This document shows, in pieces, positions 25,873-35,735 of a stretch of 43,223 nucleotides of DNA. The position numbers were made by a program, and so were the translations under genes. The stretch's first letter is position 1; each line of letters begins with the position of its first letter. The notes under the pieces were generated by a model, which saw nothing but the letters and a program-made list of their open reading frames with translations, made no database searches and had not been told where the DNA came from. Source of the DNA: Chloroflexota bacterium (GTDB taxonomy: Bacteria; Chloroflexota; Limnocylindria; QHBO01); assembly GCA_040882375.1 (NCBI GenBank), contig JBBEBK010000016.1:1-43223 (forward strand), written 5' to 3'.

Positions 25873-27152
25873 CGGATGAAGCCCTCGTAGTGACGCATCA
25901 ACATCTGCGCCTCGAGCTGTTTCATCGTTTCGACCACCACGCTGACCACGATCAGGATGCTCGTGCCACCGAGCTGCAGGCCGCTCGTGCCCGGGATGGC
26001 CGTCGAAACAAGGAGGGGCAGCACGGCGAGGGACGCCAGGAAGAGGGCGCCGCCGAGCGTGATCCGGTTGGTGACCCGCCCCAGAAACTCCTCGGTCGGT
26101 TTACCCGGCCGGATTCCCGGGATGAAGCCGCCGTTCTTGCGCAGATAGTCGGCCGTCTGATCGGGCCGAAACTGGAAGGCCGTGTAGAAGTAGGTGAAGA
26201 AGACGACCAGCATGAAGTACAGCACGCCATACACCAGCGGGTTGCTGGAGCTCAGATTGGCCACGACGAACTCGGCGCTCGAGCGGACCCAGTCGATCGA
26301 CGACGCGGTGAAGTACTGGGCGATCTGCGCCGGGAAGAGCAGGATGCTGATGGCGAAGATGATCGGGATCACGCCGGCCATGGTCACCTTCAGCGGCAGG
26401 TACTGGGTCTGGCCCTGGTACATGCGCCGTCCGCGAACGCGGCTCGCGTACTGCACCGGGATCCGACGCTGGCCTTCGTTGATGAAGACGACCCCGGCGA
26501 TGACGACGATCGCGATGATGATGAACGGGATGATCTTGATCAGCCCGTCGGGGCCCGAGACGACCGGCTCCGCGCTGTGCGGCAGCCGGCCCACGATGCC
26601 CGCAAAGATGATGAAGCTGATGCCATTCCCCAGGCCGCGCTCGCTGATCAGCTCGCCGAGCCACATCAGCAGGATCGTGCCCGCGGTGAACGACACGAGC
26701 AGCGTAAGCGTCTCGAAGCTGAAGAGCGGTGACGGGGGGATGACGTTATTCGCCTGGAGCAGGACGGAGAAGCCGTAGCCCTGGGCGAACGCCATCGGCA
26801 CCGTCAGCAGGCGGGTGTACTGGTTCAGCCGGTTGCGGCCGTACTCGCCCTCGCGCGCAAGCTCGCCGAGGCTGGGGATGACCCCCTGCATCAGCTGCAT
26901 GATGATGCTGGCGTTGATGTACGGGTTGACCCCCATCCCGATGATCGACGCGGTCGCCAGGCCACCGCCCGAGAAGAGGTCGAGCAGGCCGAGCAGCTGG
27001 TTCGAGTTGAACAGGTCTGCCAGGTTTTCCTGATTGACACCGGCTACGGGCACGTTGGTCAGGGCACGGAAGACGAGCAGGATCCCGAGCGTGAAGAGGA
27101 TCTTGCGCCGGATGTCCGGTGCGCGGAAGGCGGTGACCAGCGACTCGATCAA
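25869..27152 (-). CDS. secY: Preprotein translocase subunit SecY
   Basis: 427 aa with 10 hydrophobic segments. GVNPYINASIIMQL and the C-terminal QLEAQMLMRHYEGFI are typical. TTG start. Confidence 0.96.
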   Translation of the reverse strand: MIESLVTAFRAPDIRRKILFTLGILLVFRALTNVPVAGVNQENLADLFNSNQLLGLLDLFSGGGLATASIIGMGVNPYINASIIMQLMQGVIPSLGELAREGEYGRNRLNQYTRLLTVPMAFAQGYGFSVLLQANNVIPPSPLFSFETLTLLVSFTAGTILLMWLGELISERGLGNGISFIIFAGIVGRLPHSAEPVVSGPDGLIKIIPFIIIAIVVIAGVVFINEGQRRIPVQYASRVRGRRMYQGQTQYLPLKVTMAGVIPIIFAISILLFPAQIAQYFTASSIDWVRSSAEFVVANLSSSNPLVYGVLYFMLVVFFTYFYTAFQFRPDQTADYLRKNGGFIPGIRPGKPTEEFLGRVTNRITLGGALFLASLAVLPLLVSTAIPGTSGLQLGGTSILIVVSVVVETMKQLEAQMLMRHYEGFIR

Positions 27153-27154
27153 GG

Positions 27155-27763
27155 CTAGGACCCGCTCTCGCTCTCGTCGGTGGCAGTCGGTACGTCGGCC
27201 CGGGCCGGCGCTTCGGGCTCGGCAGCTGCGGCTTCCTCGGAGATCGGCTCGCTCGGCGGTGCCTCGACGCTGGTCTCGTCGGTGCGCTCAACCGGGGCCC
27301 CGTCCGGCCAGCTGATCAGCTGCGCCACGCTACCCGCCGACTCGAGCTTTTCGACCGCCGACTGCGTAAAGGCATGAGCGTGAATCGTGACGCCGCGGGG
27401 CGCCTCGCCACCGCCCAGGATCTTGACCGGCTGCGGACGCGTCTTCTGGTCGCGAAGCAGGCCGTCGTGACGAAGCACGTCCGGCGTGATCAGGGTGCCG
27501 GGCGCCACGTCGCTGAGCCGCGCCAGGTTGATGGCCGCGTACTCGACGCGGAATCGGTTCTTGAAGCCGTGGAGCTTCGGCGTCCGGATGTGGAGGGGCG
27601 TCTGGCCGCCCTCGAACCAGGCCGGAATGCCTCCACCGGCTCGCGACTTCTGGCCCTTGGTTCCGCGCCCGGCGGTCTTTCCGCGCCCGGACCCGTGGCC
27701 GCGCCCAAGGCGACGCGACGGCTTGTGCGCACCCTTGTTCGGGCGTGGATCGTGCAGTTTCAT
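27155..27763 (-). CDS. rplO: 50S ribosomal protein L15 with an acidic C-terminal tail of about 52 aa
   Basis: GRGHGSGRGKTAGRGTKGQKSR...GGQTPL core. The tail SWPDGAPVERTDETSVEAPPSEPISEEAAAAEPE...DESESGS follows the normal end. Confidence 0.93.
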   Translation of the reverse strand: MKLHDPRPNKGAHKPSRRLGRGHGSGRGKTAGRGTKGQKSRAGGGIPAWFEGGQTPLHIRTPKLHGFKNRFRVEYAAINLARLSDVAPGTLITPDVLRHDGLLRDQKTRPQPVKILGGGEAPRGVTIHAHAFTQSAVEKLESAGSVAQLISWPDGAPVERTDETSVEAPPSEPISEEAAAAEPEAPARADVPTATDESESGS

Positions 27764-27969
27764 CAGGCGTCCTTCTCGGTGGCGGCCACGCCGGCACGCG
27801 GCTCCTCGACCGTCACCAGGAAGGCGACGCGGCGGAGCATCCCGCGGTTGACCGGCGTGTCGGCGAGCTCGATCGTCTGGTGGAGCCGATGCAGTCCGAG
27901 CGCGCGGACGGTGCCTCGCGCTCCGGCCCTGTGGCCGATCGTCGAGCGGACCCAGGTGACGCGAAGCAT
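27763..27969 (-). CDS. rpmD: 50S ribosomal protein L30
   Basis: MLRVTWVRSTIGHRAGARGTVRALGLHRLHQTIELADTPVNRGMLRRVAFLV. An alternative GTG at 28005 would overlap the rpsE end. Confidence 0.9.
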   Translation of the reverse strand: MLRVTWVRSTIGHRAGARGTVRALGLHRLHQTIELADTPVNRGMLRRVAFLVTVEEPRAGVAATEKDA

Positions 27970-27994
27970 TGTACCGGCGTCCTGCGCCACCCTC

Positions 27995-28582
27995 TTATCG
28001 GCCACGTGAGCCTCCGAACGGGAAGGCCGGCGCGGGTCGCGCAATGACCTCGTGCGGCTTGCGAGCCGCCTCGGCGCCTCGCTTGCCAAGCAGCTGCTCC
28101 GCGGTCTTGCCCCGAGCGGCGGCGATCTCGTCCGCGGAGCGGAGAGCGGCAAGGCACTTCACCGTCGCGCGCACGACGTTGATCGGGTTGTTGCTGCCCA
28201 TCGACTTGCTGAGCAGGTCGCGGATCCCGGCCGCCTCGGCGACGGCGCGGACCGAGCCGCCGGCGATGACGCCCGTCCCTTGCGAGGCGGGTCGGAGCAT
28301 GACGGTGCTCGCCCCGAAGTCGCGGGTCACCGCGTGCGGAATGGTGGCCCCCACGAGGGGAACCTTCACGAGGTTCTTCTTGGCATCCTCGACACCCTTG
28401 CGGATCGACTCGGGAACCTCTCCGGCCTTGCCGAGACCGACACCCACGATCCCGTTGCCGTCGCCGACGACCACTACGGAACTGAAGCTGAAGCGGCGAC
28501 CGCCCTTGACGACCTTGGCAACCCGGTTGATCTGGACGACCTTCTCTTCCAGGTTGAGTTTTGTTGGATCGATGCGAGCCAT
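27995..28582 (-). CDS. rpsE: 30S ribosomal protein S5 (with a C-terminal extension of about 29 aa)
   Basis: [52 protein letters not shown] at 28582; the upstream part of the track ORF overlaps rplR. Confidence 0.95.
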   Translation of the reverse strand: MARIDPTKLNLEEKVVQINRVAKVVKGGRRFSFSSVVVVGDGNGIVGVGLGKAGEVPESIRKGVEDAKKNLVKVPLVGATIPHAVTRDFGASTVMLRPASQGTGVIAGGSVRAVAEAAGIRDLLSKSMGSNNPINVVRATVKCLAALRSADEIAAARGKTAEQLLGKRGAEAARKPHEVIARPAPAFPFGGSRGR

Positions 28583-28592
28583 GATTCCTCCG

Positions 28593-28949
28593 CTACAGGT
28601 CGAGGCCGCCCTCGCGGGCGCCCTCGGCGAGCGAGCGAACCCGCCCGTGATATCGATAGCCGCCGCGGTCGAGGACCACGGCCGAAACGCCAGCCGCCCT
28701 CGCCCGCTCGGCGATCGCGCGGCCAACAGCGTGTGCCGCCGCGGTCTTGCCCGGACCGCCACCCAGGGCCGCCTCGCGGCTCGATGCGGCCGCCAGGGTG
28801 TTGCCGGTGGTGTCATCCACCACCTGGGCATAGATGTACTTCGCGCTGCGAAAGACGGAGAGGCGTGGCCGTTCGGTGCTTCCGGAGAGCCGAAGGCGAA
28901 GGCGTTCGTGCCGCTTCCGTCGCAGGGCGTCGCGTGATGGTGTATTCAT
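28593..28949 (-). CDS. rplR: 50S ribosomal protein L18
   Basis: [12 protein letters not shown]...[18 protein letters not shown]......DRGGY.YHGRV..LA.GAREGGL. Confidence 0.95.
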   Translation of the reverse strand: MNTPSRDALRRKRHERLRLRLSGSTERPRLSVFRSAKYIYAQVVDDTTGNTLAAASSREAALGGGPGKTAAAHAVGRAIAERARAAGVSAVVLDRGGYRYHGRVRSLAEGAREGGLDL

Positions 28950-28951
28950 GG

Positions 28952-29503
28952 CTACTTCGCGCCTCCGACCTTGCCGGCCTTGCCGGCCTTGCGAAGAACC
29001 ACTTCACCGGCGTAGCGGATCCCCTTGCCCTTGTACGGCTCGGGCTTGCGCCGCGACCGAATGTATGCCGCCGTCTGGCCGACGAGCTCCTTGTCGGCGC
29101 CGAACACGGCCAGGCGGGTAGGTGTCTCGACCTGGAAGGTGATCCCCTCGGGCGCATCCACCTCAACCGGGTGGGAGTACCCCAGCGCCAGCACCAGCTT
29201 GGTGCCCTGCAGCTGCGCTCGGTACCCGACGCCGCTGATCTCGAGCCCCTTGGTGAACCCGGTCGTGACACCCGCGACCATGTTCGCCACCAGCGAGCGA
29301 GTCAATCCGTGCAGCGCGCGGTGACGCGGCTCGTCCGTGGGACGGATGACCCGCAGCTCCCCCGATGCCTGCTCCAGCTGCATCTCCGGGTGGATCTCTC
29401 GCTCCAGGGTGCCGAGTGGCCCGCGCACGCTCAGCGCGCGACCCTCCAGGCTCACCTCCACGCCGGCGGGAAGCGGAATGGGCAGTCGACCGATTCGTGA
29501 CAT
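28952..29503 (-). CDS. rplF: 50S ribosomal protein L6
   Basis: [17 protein letters not shown]...GVGYRA...LGYSHPV...[14 protein letters not shown] at 29503, downstream of the rpsH stop. Confidence 0.95.
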   Translation of the reverse strand: MSRIGRLPIPLPAGVEVSLEGRALSVRGPLGTLEREIHPEMQLEQASGELRVIRPTDEPRHRALHGLTRSLVANMVAGVTTGFTKGLEISGVGYRAQLQGTKLVLALGYSHPVEVDAPEGITFQVETPTRLAVFGADKELVGQTAAYIRSRRKPEPYKGKGIRYAGEVVLRKAGKAGKVGGAK

Positions 29504-29514
29504 TGCCTTCGCTC

Positions 29515-29913
29515 CTACCAGACGTAACACAGGACTTCGCCGCCGAGGTTCAACTTCCGGGCCTGCTGGCCGGTCATGATCCCGCGGGAAGTGGAGAGGA
29601 TAGCCAGGCCGAGCCCGCCCAGAACGCGCGGGATCTCGGTCTTGCGAGCGTAGACCCGCAATCCCGGCTTGCTGATTCGCTTCAGGCCGCTCATCACCGG
29701 GGTATGTCCTTCGACGTACTTCAACCGGACGCTGAGCAGCTCCACGACGCCGTCCTGAGCGGTCGTGAACGACTCGATGAAGCCTTCGTCGGTAAGGATC
29801 CGCGCGATCTCGCGCTTCACCCGGGACGATGGCATGGTCAGCTCGCGGTGGCGTGCCGCACTCGCGTTGCGAATGCGGGTCAGCATGTCGGCGATCGGGT
29901 CGGTGACGTTCAT
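29515..29913 (-). CDS. rpsH: 30S ribosomal protein S8
   Basis: [17 protein letters not shown]......LSTS.GIMT...[13 protein letters not shown]. Confidence 0.96.
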   Translation of the reverse strand: MNVTDPIADMLTRIRNASAARHRELTMPSSRVKREIARILTDEGFIESFTTAQDGVVELLSVRLKYVEGHTPVMSGLKRISKPGLRVYARKTEIPRVLGGLGLAILSTSRGIMTGQQARKLNLGGEVLCYVW

Positions 29914-30011
29914 CTAGGTGTCATATCTCCTCGGCGGTGGTTCGCGTCCCGCATCCGCGCGGTGGGCGCCTGTCGCTGATCTGGCCGCCGTTCGGCGGTA
30001 GTTGCGTCGCG

Positions 30012-30197
30012 CTACCAGCTCGACTTGGTCACGCCCGGCAGCTGGCCTTCGAGGGCGCGCTCCCGGAAGCAGATTCGGCACAGCGCGAAACGGCGCATGT
30101 AGGCGCGCGGGCGCCCACACACGGCACATCGATTGTGCTGCTGGACCGGGAAGCGCGGCGCTCGCCGCGACTTCGCAATCATGGACTTCTTGGCCAC
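30012..30197 (-). CDS. rpsZ: 30S ribosomal protein S14 type Z (zinc-ribbon form)
   Basis: GTG at 30197. [55 protein letters not shown], 61 aa. Confidence 0.93.
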   Translation of the reverse strand: MAKKSMIAKSRRAPRFPVQQHNRCAVCGRPRAYMRRFALCRICFRERALEGQLPGVTKSSW

Positions 30198-30210
30198 TCG
30201 GCTCTCCTCG

Positions 30211-30963
30211 CTAACTGGCCTGGAACGGCATGCCGAGTAGCTCGAGGAGCTTGAGCCCCTCCTCATCGGTCTTTGCCGTGGTCACGATGCTGATCTCAAG
30301 GCCGCGAAGCCGATCGATCTTGTCGTAGTCGATCTCGGGGAAGACGAGCTGCTCGCGCAGCCCGATGCTGAAGTTGCCGCGACCGTCGAAGGATCGCGGC
30401 GTGATGCCTCGGAAGTCGCGGATGCGCGGGAGCGCCAACCGCACCGTTCGCTCGAGGAAGTCGTACATCCGCAGTCCGCGAAGCGTCACCTTGGCGCCGA
30501 TCGGCATCCCGGTGCGCAGGCGGAACTGTGCGATCGATCGCTTGGCGCGCGTCACAATCGGCTTCTGGCCGGTGATCTGCGCCAGATCAGCCACCGCGGC
30601 GTCGAGCGCCTTGGCGTTCTGGATCGCCTCCCCGAGGCCGATGTTGACGACGATCTTGTCGACGCGCGGGATCTGCATCGGGTTGGCGTAGCCGAACTCG
30701 CGTTGCAGGGCCGGTACAACTTCGTCGATGTAGCGCATCCGCAGACCGCTGCGGGCGAGCGTGGGAGCGGCGGGAGCCGCGGATGCCTGGGTCGAAGCCG
30801 TCTCCGCCTTTGCCGCGCTCTTCACCGCTGCCTGCGTGGACTCCGCGCCCCTGGGGGCCTTCGTTGCCTTGGCTGCCCCCTTTGCCATGGTGGGCTGGGC
30901 CGCCTTGGCGGGCTTTGCGGCCTTGGGGGCGCGCGCCACGGGTGTCTTCTTCTCGGGGCTCAA
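30211..30963 (-). CDS. rplE: 50S ribosomal protein L5 with a Lys/Ala/Pro-rich N-terminal extension of about 73 aa
   Basis: The core [19 protein letters not shown]...MPFQAS is standard L5. The TTG at 30963 has a GAGGTGA Shine-Dalgarno 4 nt upstream and a TTGA overlap with the rplX stop. An alternative ATG at 30888 still leaves about 48 extra aa. Confidence 0.9.
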   Translation of the reverse strand: MSPEKKTPVARAPKAAKPAKAAQPTMAKGAAKATKAPRGAESTQAAVKSAAKAETASTQASAAPAAPTLARSGLRMRYIDEVVPALQREFGYANPMQIPRVDKIVVNIGLGEAIQNAKALDAAVADLAQITGQKPIVTRAKRSIAQFRLRTGMPIGAKVTLRGLRMYDFLERTVRLALPRIRDFRGITPRSFDGRGNFSIGLREQLVFPEIDYDKIDRLRGLEISIVTTAKTDEEGLKLLELLGMPFQAS

Positions 30964-31289
30964 CTCGTCACCTCGATCTGTTCGCCGCAGTGCTTGCAGA
31001 CCCGGATGCGGCGAGCACCCTCCTCGAGTAGGGCGTGGCCGATGCGCGTCGGCTTGTCGCAACGCGGGCACACGACCTGCACGTTTGAGATGTGAAGCGG
31101 CACCGGGATGTCCAGGATCCCGGCCTGCTGGGTGCGGCTCTGTGGGCGTTTGTGCCGCTTCGCCATGTTGATGCCGGGAACCACGACCCCGAGTCCGCGC
31201 TTCGTCCGCTCAACGCGCTCGACGGTTCCACGCTTGCCGCGATCCTTGCCGGCGAGCACAACCACCGTATCGCCCTTCCTGATATTCAT
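30960..31289 (-). CDS. rplX: 50S ribosomal protein L24
   Basis: [23 protein letters not shown] (KOW motif). 109 aa, with a CxxC...C.HC-like cluster (CPRCD...CKHCG). Confidence 0.95.
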   Translation of the reverse strand: MNIRKGDTVVVLAGKDRGKRGTVERVERTKRGLGVVVPGINMAKRHKRPQSRTQQAGILDIPVPLHISNVQVVCPRCDKPTRIGHALLEEGARRIRVCKHCGEQIEVTS

Positions 31290-31290
31290 C

Positions 31291-31659
31291 TCACAGGACC
31301 TCCGGGGCGAGCGACACGATCTTCATGTAGTTGCGCTCTCGCAGCTCGCGCGCGACCGGTCCGAAGATTCGAGTCCCGCGCGGGCTGCCCTGCGGCGTGA
31401 TCAGCACGGCCGCGTTCTCGTCGAAGCGGATGTGGCTGCCATCGGGGCGGCCGTACTCCTTGGCGGTGCGCACGATGACGGCCCGCACCACGTCGCCCTT
31501 CTTGACCCCGGAATTGGGCAGCGCCTGCTTGACGCTCGCGACGATCACGTCGCCGACCTCCGCGGTATCGGAGCTGGAGCGGCCGATCACGGTGATGCAC
31601 ATCAATTCGCGCGCGCCGGTGTTGTCGGCGACGCGCAACCGGGTGGTCTGGCGGATCAT
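31291..31659 (-). CDS. rplN: 50S ribosomal protein L14
   Basis: [18 protein letters not shown]......IRFDENA......[21 protein letters not shown]. Confidence 0.97.
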   Translation of the reverse strand: MIRQTTRLRVADNTGARELMCITVIGRSSSDTAEVGDVIVASVKQALPNSGVKKGDVVRAVIVRTAKEYGRPDGSHIRFDENAAVLITPQGSPRGTRIFGPVARELRERNYMKIVSLAPEVL

Positions 31660-31931
31660 GCTTCGCCGACCATCTCTTCGCCGGATCCGCGGGCGACCAC
31701 CTCGACCACGCGCCAGCGCTTGTCGCGCGAGATCGGGCGGCTCTCCTCGATGCGCACGGTGTCACCGACGTGCGCCGCGTTCTCCTCGTCGTGCGCCTTG
31801 AACTTGCTCGACAGGCGAACCACGCGCTTGTAGACCGGGTGCCGACGCAATCGCTCAACGCTGACCACGACCGTCTTGTCCATCTTGTCGGAGATGACTC
31901 GTCCAACCTTTGTTCGTCGCTTGCCTTGCAT
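31656..31931 (-). CDS. rpsQ: 30S ribosomal protein S17
   Basis: [17 protein letters not shown]...[16 protein letters not shown]....GD.V.I.E.RP.S..K.W. ATGA overlap with the rplN start. Confidence 0.96.
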   Translation of the reverse strand: MQGKRRTKVGRVISDKMDKTVVVSVERLRRHPVYKRVVRLSSKFKAHDEENAAHVGDTVRIEESRPISRDKRWRVVEVVARGSGEEMVGEA

Positions 31932-32158
31932 CAGCTGGCCTTTTCGGTTTCGGCGGCCGCGGCGGCGGCCGTATGTTGGCGTTCGGTCATCACGGTCAGG
32001 ATGCGAGCGATCCGCTTGCGCGTCGCAGGCAGCCTGCTGTAGTTCTTCTCCTGGCGCGTGGCAAGGTCGAAGCGGATCTTCCAGAGCTCCTGCTTCGCAT
32101 CCACCAGCGCGTTCTCGAGCTCGTAATCGGAGAGGTTCCGAATCTCGTTAATGTCCAT
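31931..32158 (-). CDS. rpmC: 50S ribosomal protein L29
   Basis: [32 protein letters not shown]. 75 aa, located between rplP and rpsQ. Confidence 0.9.
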   Translation of the reverse strand: MDINEIRNLSDYELENALVDAKQELWKIRFDLATRQEKNYSRLPATRKRIARILTVMTERQHTAAAAAAETEKAS

Positions 32159-32573
32159 GCTCGACCCCCTCCTTCACGACGAACTTCGTCTGGATCGGCA
32201 GCTTGTGGCTTGCCAGGCGCATCGCCTCGCGGGCGATCACCTCGGGGACGCCGGACATCTCGAACATCACCCGTCCGGGCTTCACCACCGCCACCCAGTG
32301 GTCGGGCGCACCCTTGCCGGAGCCCATCCGCACCTCTGCCGGCTTCTTGGTGACCGGCTTGTCCGGGAAGACGCGGATCCAGATCCGGCCCCCCCGCTTG
32401 ATGTGGTGGGTCATCGCGCGCCGCGCCGCCTCGATCTGACGGCTGGTGAGCCAGCAGACCTCTTCGGCCATCAGCCCGTATTCGCCGAAGCTGACCAGCG
32501 TGCCTCCCTTGGCCATTCCTGAGCGCCGCCCTCGCTGGACCTTGCGGTGCTTGACCCTCTTGGGGAGTAGCAT
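32148..32573 (-). CDS. rplP: 50S ribosomal protein L16
   Basis: [25 protein letters not shown]......[11 protein letters not shown]......RGG.IWIR.FPDKP.T.KPAE.RMG.GKG. Confidence 0.97.
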   Translation of the reverse strand: MLLPKRVKHRKVQRGRRSGMAKGGTLVSFGEYGLMAEEVCWLTSRQIEAARRAMTHHIKRGGRIWIRVFPDKPVTKKPAEVRMGSGKGAPDHWVAVVKPGRVMFEMSGVPEVIAREAMRLASHKLPIQTKFVVKEGVEHGH

Positions 32574-32576
32574 CGG

Positions 32577-33332
32577 TCAGGCCTCCTCGTCGGCCGAGGC
32601 CGGCTCGACGAGCGCGGCGGTCGGGGCGGTGGTGGCCGACGTCGCTGCGCGGGTGCGGCCGCGGGTTGGTCTCTGGCGCGGCTCGGTGCGGGCCGTGCCC
32701 GGTCGCTCACCGAGCTGATCGCCGCGGTAGATCCAGACCTTGACGCCGATTCGTCCGTAGGTCGTGCGAGCGTGCACCACGCCGTAACTGATATCGGCAC
32801 GAAGCGTGCCCAATGGGATGCGACCCTCTTTGTCCCACTCGGTTCGGCTCATCTCGGCGCCGCCAAGGCGGCCGGCGACCTGGATCTTGACGCCCTTCGC
32901 CCCGGCCTTGATGGTCCGCTGCACGGTCTGCTTGACCGCCTTGCGGAAGGCGATCCGGCGCTCGAGCTGCCCGGCCACGTTCTGCGCCACCAGCACGGCA
33001 TCCAGCTCCGGCTGGAGGACCTCCTTGATCTCGAGCTTGACCTTCTTGTCGGTCTGCTTCCCAATCGAGTTGCGCAGCAGCTCAACATTCTGGCCACCCT
33101 TGCCGATGACGATGCCGGGCTTGGCCGAGTGCACCGTGACGGTGACGTGGTTGATGCCTCGCTCGATCTCGACCTGGCTGACGCTGGCGTTCGACAGCTG
33201 CTTGGCGACCAGCTGCCGGATCCGCATGTCCTCCTGCACCAGGATCGGGTAGTCGCGATCCGCGTACCACTTGGCCAGCCACGGCTTGTTGATACCGATC
33301 CGGAACCCGTAGGGGTGGACCTTGTGACCCAT
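32577..33332 (-). CDS. rpsC: 30S ribosomal protein S3 (Arg/Thr/Ala-rich C-terminal tail)
   Basis: [21 protein letters not shown]...; KH domain GKGG; 251 aa. Confidence 0.96.
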   Translation of the reverse strand: MGHKVHPYGFRIGINKPWLAKWYADRDYPILVQEDMRIRQLVAKQLSNASVSQVEIERGINHVTVTVHSAKPGIVIGKGGQNVELLRNSIGKQTDKKVKLEIKEVLQPELDAVLVAQNVAGQLERRIAFRKAVKQTVQRTIKAGAKGVKIQVAGRLGGAEMSRTEWDKEGRIPLGTLRADISYGVVHARTTYGRIGVKVWIYRGDQLGERPGTARTEPRQRPTRGRTRAATSATTAPTAALVEPASADEEA

Positions 33333-33676
33333 CAGGACTCCTCTCGGTCAGCCACGGCGATGGTGATATGGCTGGTGCGCTTCAGGATTGCGAAGGTTCG
33401 ACCCTGTGCCCGCGGTCGGAACCGCTTGAGGGTCGGCCCCTCGTCGGCCACGGCGGACTCCACGTGGAGCTCGTCGGACGACAGGTTGAAGTTGTTCTCC
33501 GCGTTGGCGGTGGCGCTCTTGAGCACCTTGGCAACGTCCTTTGCCGCGGCGTTGGGCAGGAAGCGCAGGATGGCCGCGGCCTCCTCGACCGGCTTGCCGG
33601 TGATCAGGTCGGTGACCAGGCGCACCTTGCGTGAGCTGATCCGGATGTGCTTGGCGGTAGCGGTGACGCGCATCAA
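33332..33676 (-). CDS. rplV: 50S ribosomal protein L22
   Basis: [27 protein letters not shown]....AA..V.K.L.SA.ANAE.N......DEGP.LKR..PRA.GR....KRTSHITI. Confidence 0.95.
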   Translation of the reverse strand: MMRVTATAKHIRISSRKVRLVTDLITGKPVEEAAAILRFLPNAAAKDVAKVLKSATANAENNFNLSSDELHVESAVADEGPTLKRFRPRAQGRTFAILKRTSHITIAVADREES

Positions 33677-33683
33677 TTCGCTC

Positions 33684-33968
33684 CTACTTCAGCGAGCTGG
33701 AGCGTTCGGTGGCCTTGCCATGGCCACGGTAATGACGCGTCGGCGCGAATTCGCCGAGCCGGTGCCCGACCATGTTCTCGGTGATGAAGACCGGCACATG
33801 GCGCCGACCATCGTGCACCGCGATGGTGTGACCGATCATTGACGGAAAGATCACGCTCGGGCGCGACCAGGTCTTCAGCACATTGCGCTCGTTGCGCTTG
33901 TTCATCTCGTCGATGCGGCCGATCAGGCGCGCCTCGACGAATGGTCCCTTCTTGACGGAACGACTCAT
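33684..33968 (-). CDS. rpsS: 30S ribosomal protein S19
   Basis: [11 protein letters not shown]......[42 protein letters not shown]. Confidence 0.97.
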   Translation of the reverse strand: MSRSVKKGPFVEARLIGRIDEMNKRNERNVLKTWSRPSVIFPSMIGHTIAVHDGRRHVPVFITENMVGHRLGEFAPTRHYRGHGKATERSSSLK

Positions 33969-33977
33969 CGAGCTCTC

Positions 33978-34808
33978 CTAACCTCGCCCGTACCGACGGC
34001 GGACGATCATCTTGCCGGTGGTCTTGTTCTTTCGGGTTCGCAGGCCCATGGCTGGCTTGCCCCACGGCGTCTTGGGCGGCATGCCGGTCGGTGACTTGCC
34101 CTCGCCGCCGCCGTGCGGATGGTCGCGCGGGTTCATCACCACGCCGCGCACCGTCGGGCGCCGGCCCTTGTGACGGTTGCGTCCGGCCTTGCCGATGTTC
34201 TGGTTCTCGTGGTCCAGGTTGCTCACCTGCCCGACCGTTGCCATGCAGGCGGCGCGAACACGGCGCACCTCGCCGGAGGGAAGACGGATGGTCGCCATCT
34301 CGCCCTCCTTGGCCAGCAGCTGCGCGCTGCTGCCGGCGCTTCGCACGATCTGGCCGCCTCGTCCGGCCACCATCTCGATGTTGTGGATCTGGGTACCGAG
34401 CGGGATCTTCGTCAGCGGCAGTGCGTTGCCGACGCGCGGCTCCACATCCGGGCCGGACGCGACCTTGTCACCGACGCCGAGCCCATGCGGCAGGAGCATG
34501 TAGCGCTTCTCGCCGTCGGAATAGTGCAGCAGGGCGATGCGAGCCGATCGGTTCGGGTCGTACTCGACGGTTGCGATGGTGGCGGGCACGCCGACCTTGT
34601 CGCGCTTCCAGTCGATCAAGCGGTAGAGCCGCTTATGCCCGGCCCCCTGGTGACGGACCGTGAGCTTGCCCTGGGCGTTGCGACCCGCCTTGCGGACCAT
34701 GCTCTCAGTGAGCGGCTTGTGGGGCTCGCTGGTGGTGACCTCCTCGAAGGTCGAGCGGGTCATCTGGCGAAGGCCAGGGCTGGTGGGCCGATAGTTGCGA
34801 AGTGGCAT
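33978..34808 (-). CDS. rplB: 50S ribosomal protein L2
   Basis: [13 protein letters not shown]......GRNN.G..T.RH.GGGHK..YR.IDFKR...; C-terminal [17 protein letters not shown] at 34808, downstream of the rplW stop. Confidence 0.97.
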   Translation of the reverse strand: MPLRNYRPTSPGLRQMTRSTFEEVTTSEPHKPLTESMVRKAGRNAQGKLTVRHQGAGHKRLYRLIDWKRDKVGVPATIATVEYDPNRSARIALLHYSDGEKRYMLLPHGLGVGDKVASGPDVEPRVGNALPLTKIPLGTQIHNIEMVAGRGGQIVRSAGSSAQLLAKEGEMATIRLPSGEVRRVRAACMATVGQVSNLDHENQNIGKAGRNRHKGRRPTVRGVVMNPRDHPHGGGEGKSPTGMPPKTPWGKPAMGLRTRKNKTTGKMIVRRRYGRG

Positions 34809-34812
34809 CTCG

Positions 34813-35109
34813 TTACACCGCCTCGAAGAGTTCAATCTTCTGGCCGGCGGCGATGGTCACCACCGCCTTGCGCCAGCCGGGCACCGTGCCCATCGTCTTG
34901 CGGCCGCGCCGCTTCTGCTTGGGCTTGACCGACATGACGCGAACGCCGATAACGGTCACCTTGAACTCGGCCTCCACGGCCGCGCGGATCTGCAGCTTGT
35001 TCGATTCACGGGACACCTGGAAGGTGTAGTTGTTGCGCTCGGTCTGGGCGACGCTCTTTTCGCTGATGACCGGTCGAATCAGGATGTCGTGGACGCTTCC
35101 GGAAGTCAC
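34813..35109 (-). CDS. rplW: 50S ribosomal protein L23
   Basis: 98 aa from GTG at 35109, which forms a GTGA overlap with the rplD stop: [13 protein letters not shown]......N.YTFQV...NK..I..AVE..F.V.V..V.... Confidence 0.93.
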   Translation of the reverse strand: MTSGSVHDILIRPVISEKSVAQTERNNYTFQVSRESNKLQIRAAVEAEFKVTVIGVRVMSVKPKQKRRGRKTMGTVPGWRKAVVTIAAGQKIELFEAV

Positions 35110-35735
35110 GCGTACACCTCCTGGGCCCGGCTCAGCGCGTCGCGGGTGAACACGATCGTGTCGGCCTCCAGCAGATCGACCACGTTGAGACTGTCGGCCA
35201 GCAGGACGCGAACCTCGCGGAGGTTGCGACAGGAGCGCTCCACGATCGGGTCGCGCACGGCCAACACCACCAGGACCTTGCCCCCGGCGTCCCAGGCGGC
35301 GAGGCGATCGGCGAATGCCCTGGTGCCGATCTCCTCGAGGCCGAATCCCTCGACGACGCGCAGCGCCCCGTCGGACGCCTTGGCGCTCAGCACGCCCTGC
35401 AGCGCGGCTCGGCGCATCTTGGCGGGCATTCGCTGCTCGTAGCCGCGGGGGTGCGGGCCGAAGACGACCCCACCGCCTCGCCATTGCGGGGCAGAGCGGC
35501 TGCCGGCGCGGGCGCGACCGGTCCCCTTCTGGCGCCACGGCTTGCGGCCGCCGCCGGCGACGCGTCCGCGCGTCAGGGTGTCGGCCGTCCCGGTTCGCTG
35601 ACCGGCGAGCTGGCGGACGACGGCCTGGTGGATCAGCGCCTCGTTCACCGGCGCGGCAAAGAGCGACTCGGCCAGCTCGACGCTGCCGGCCTCCTTGCCG
35701 CTGGAGCTGAGGACTTTGGTCTGCGGCATCGTCAC
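35106..35735 (-). CDS. rplD: 50S ribosomal protein L4
   Basis: ...[41 protein letters not shown]. 209 aa from GTG at 35735 (GTGA overlap with the rplC stop) or 207 aa from ATG at 35729. Confidence 0.95.
   Translation of the reverse strand: MTMPQTKVLSSSGKEAGSVELAESLFAAPVNEALIHQAVVRQLAGQRTGTADTLTRGRVAGGGRKPWRQKGTGRARAGSRSAPQWRGGGVVFGPHPRGYEQRMPAKMRRAALQGVLSAKASDGALRVVEGFGLEEIGTRAFADRLAAWDAGGKVLVVLAVRDPIVERSCRNLREVRVLLADSLNVVDLLEADTIVFTRDALSRAQEVYA

Noticed and set aside
28052-29500. 482-aa plus-strand ORF antisense to rpsE-rplR-rplF, plus the similar ORFs at 38659-40044 (antisense to fusA) and 37573-38565
   Set aside because: They are antisense to unmistakable ribosomal and EF-G genes, have low-complexity Arg/Gly/Asp/His-rich translations, and lack plausible starts or Shine-Dalgarno sites.
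29910-29924. Mini-uORF ATG-ACA-CCT-AGA-TGA whose stop overlaps the rpsH ATG
   Set aside because: The GAGGAG Shine-Dalgarno is only 2 nt from this ATG, which is too close. It is a workable 13 nt from the rpsH ATG. A 4-codon ORF has no independent support.
30964-31071. Further upstream ATG (31071) for rplE, giving a 286-aa product
   Set aside because: That segment overlaps the rplX 3' end in another frame and translates to Arg/Pro/Gly-rich sequence. The TTG at 30963 has a Shine-Dalgarno and a TTGA overlap.
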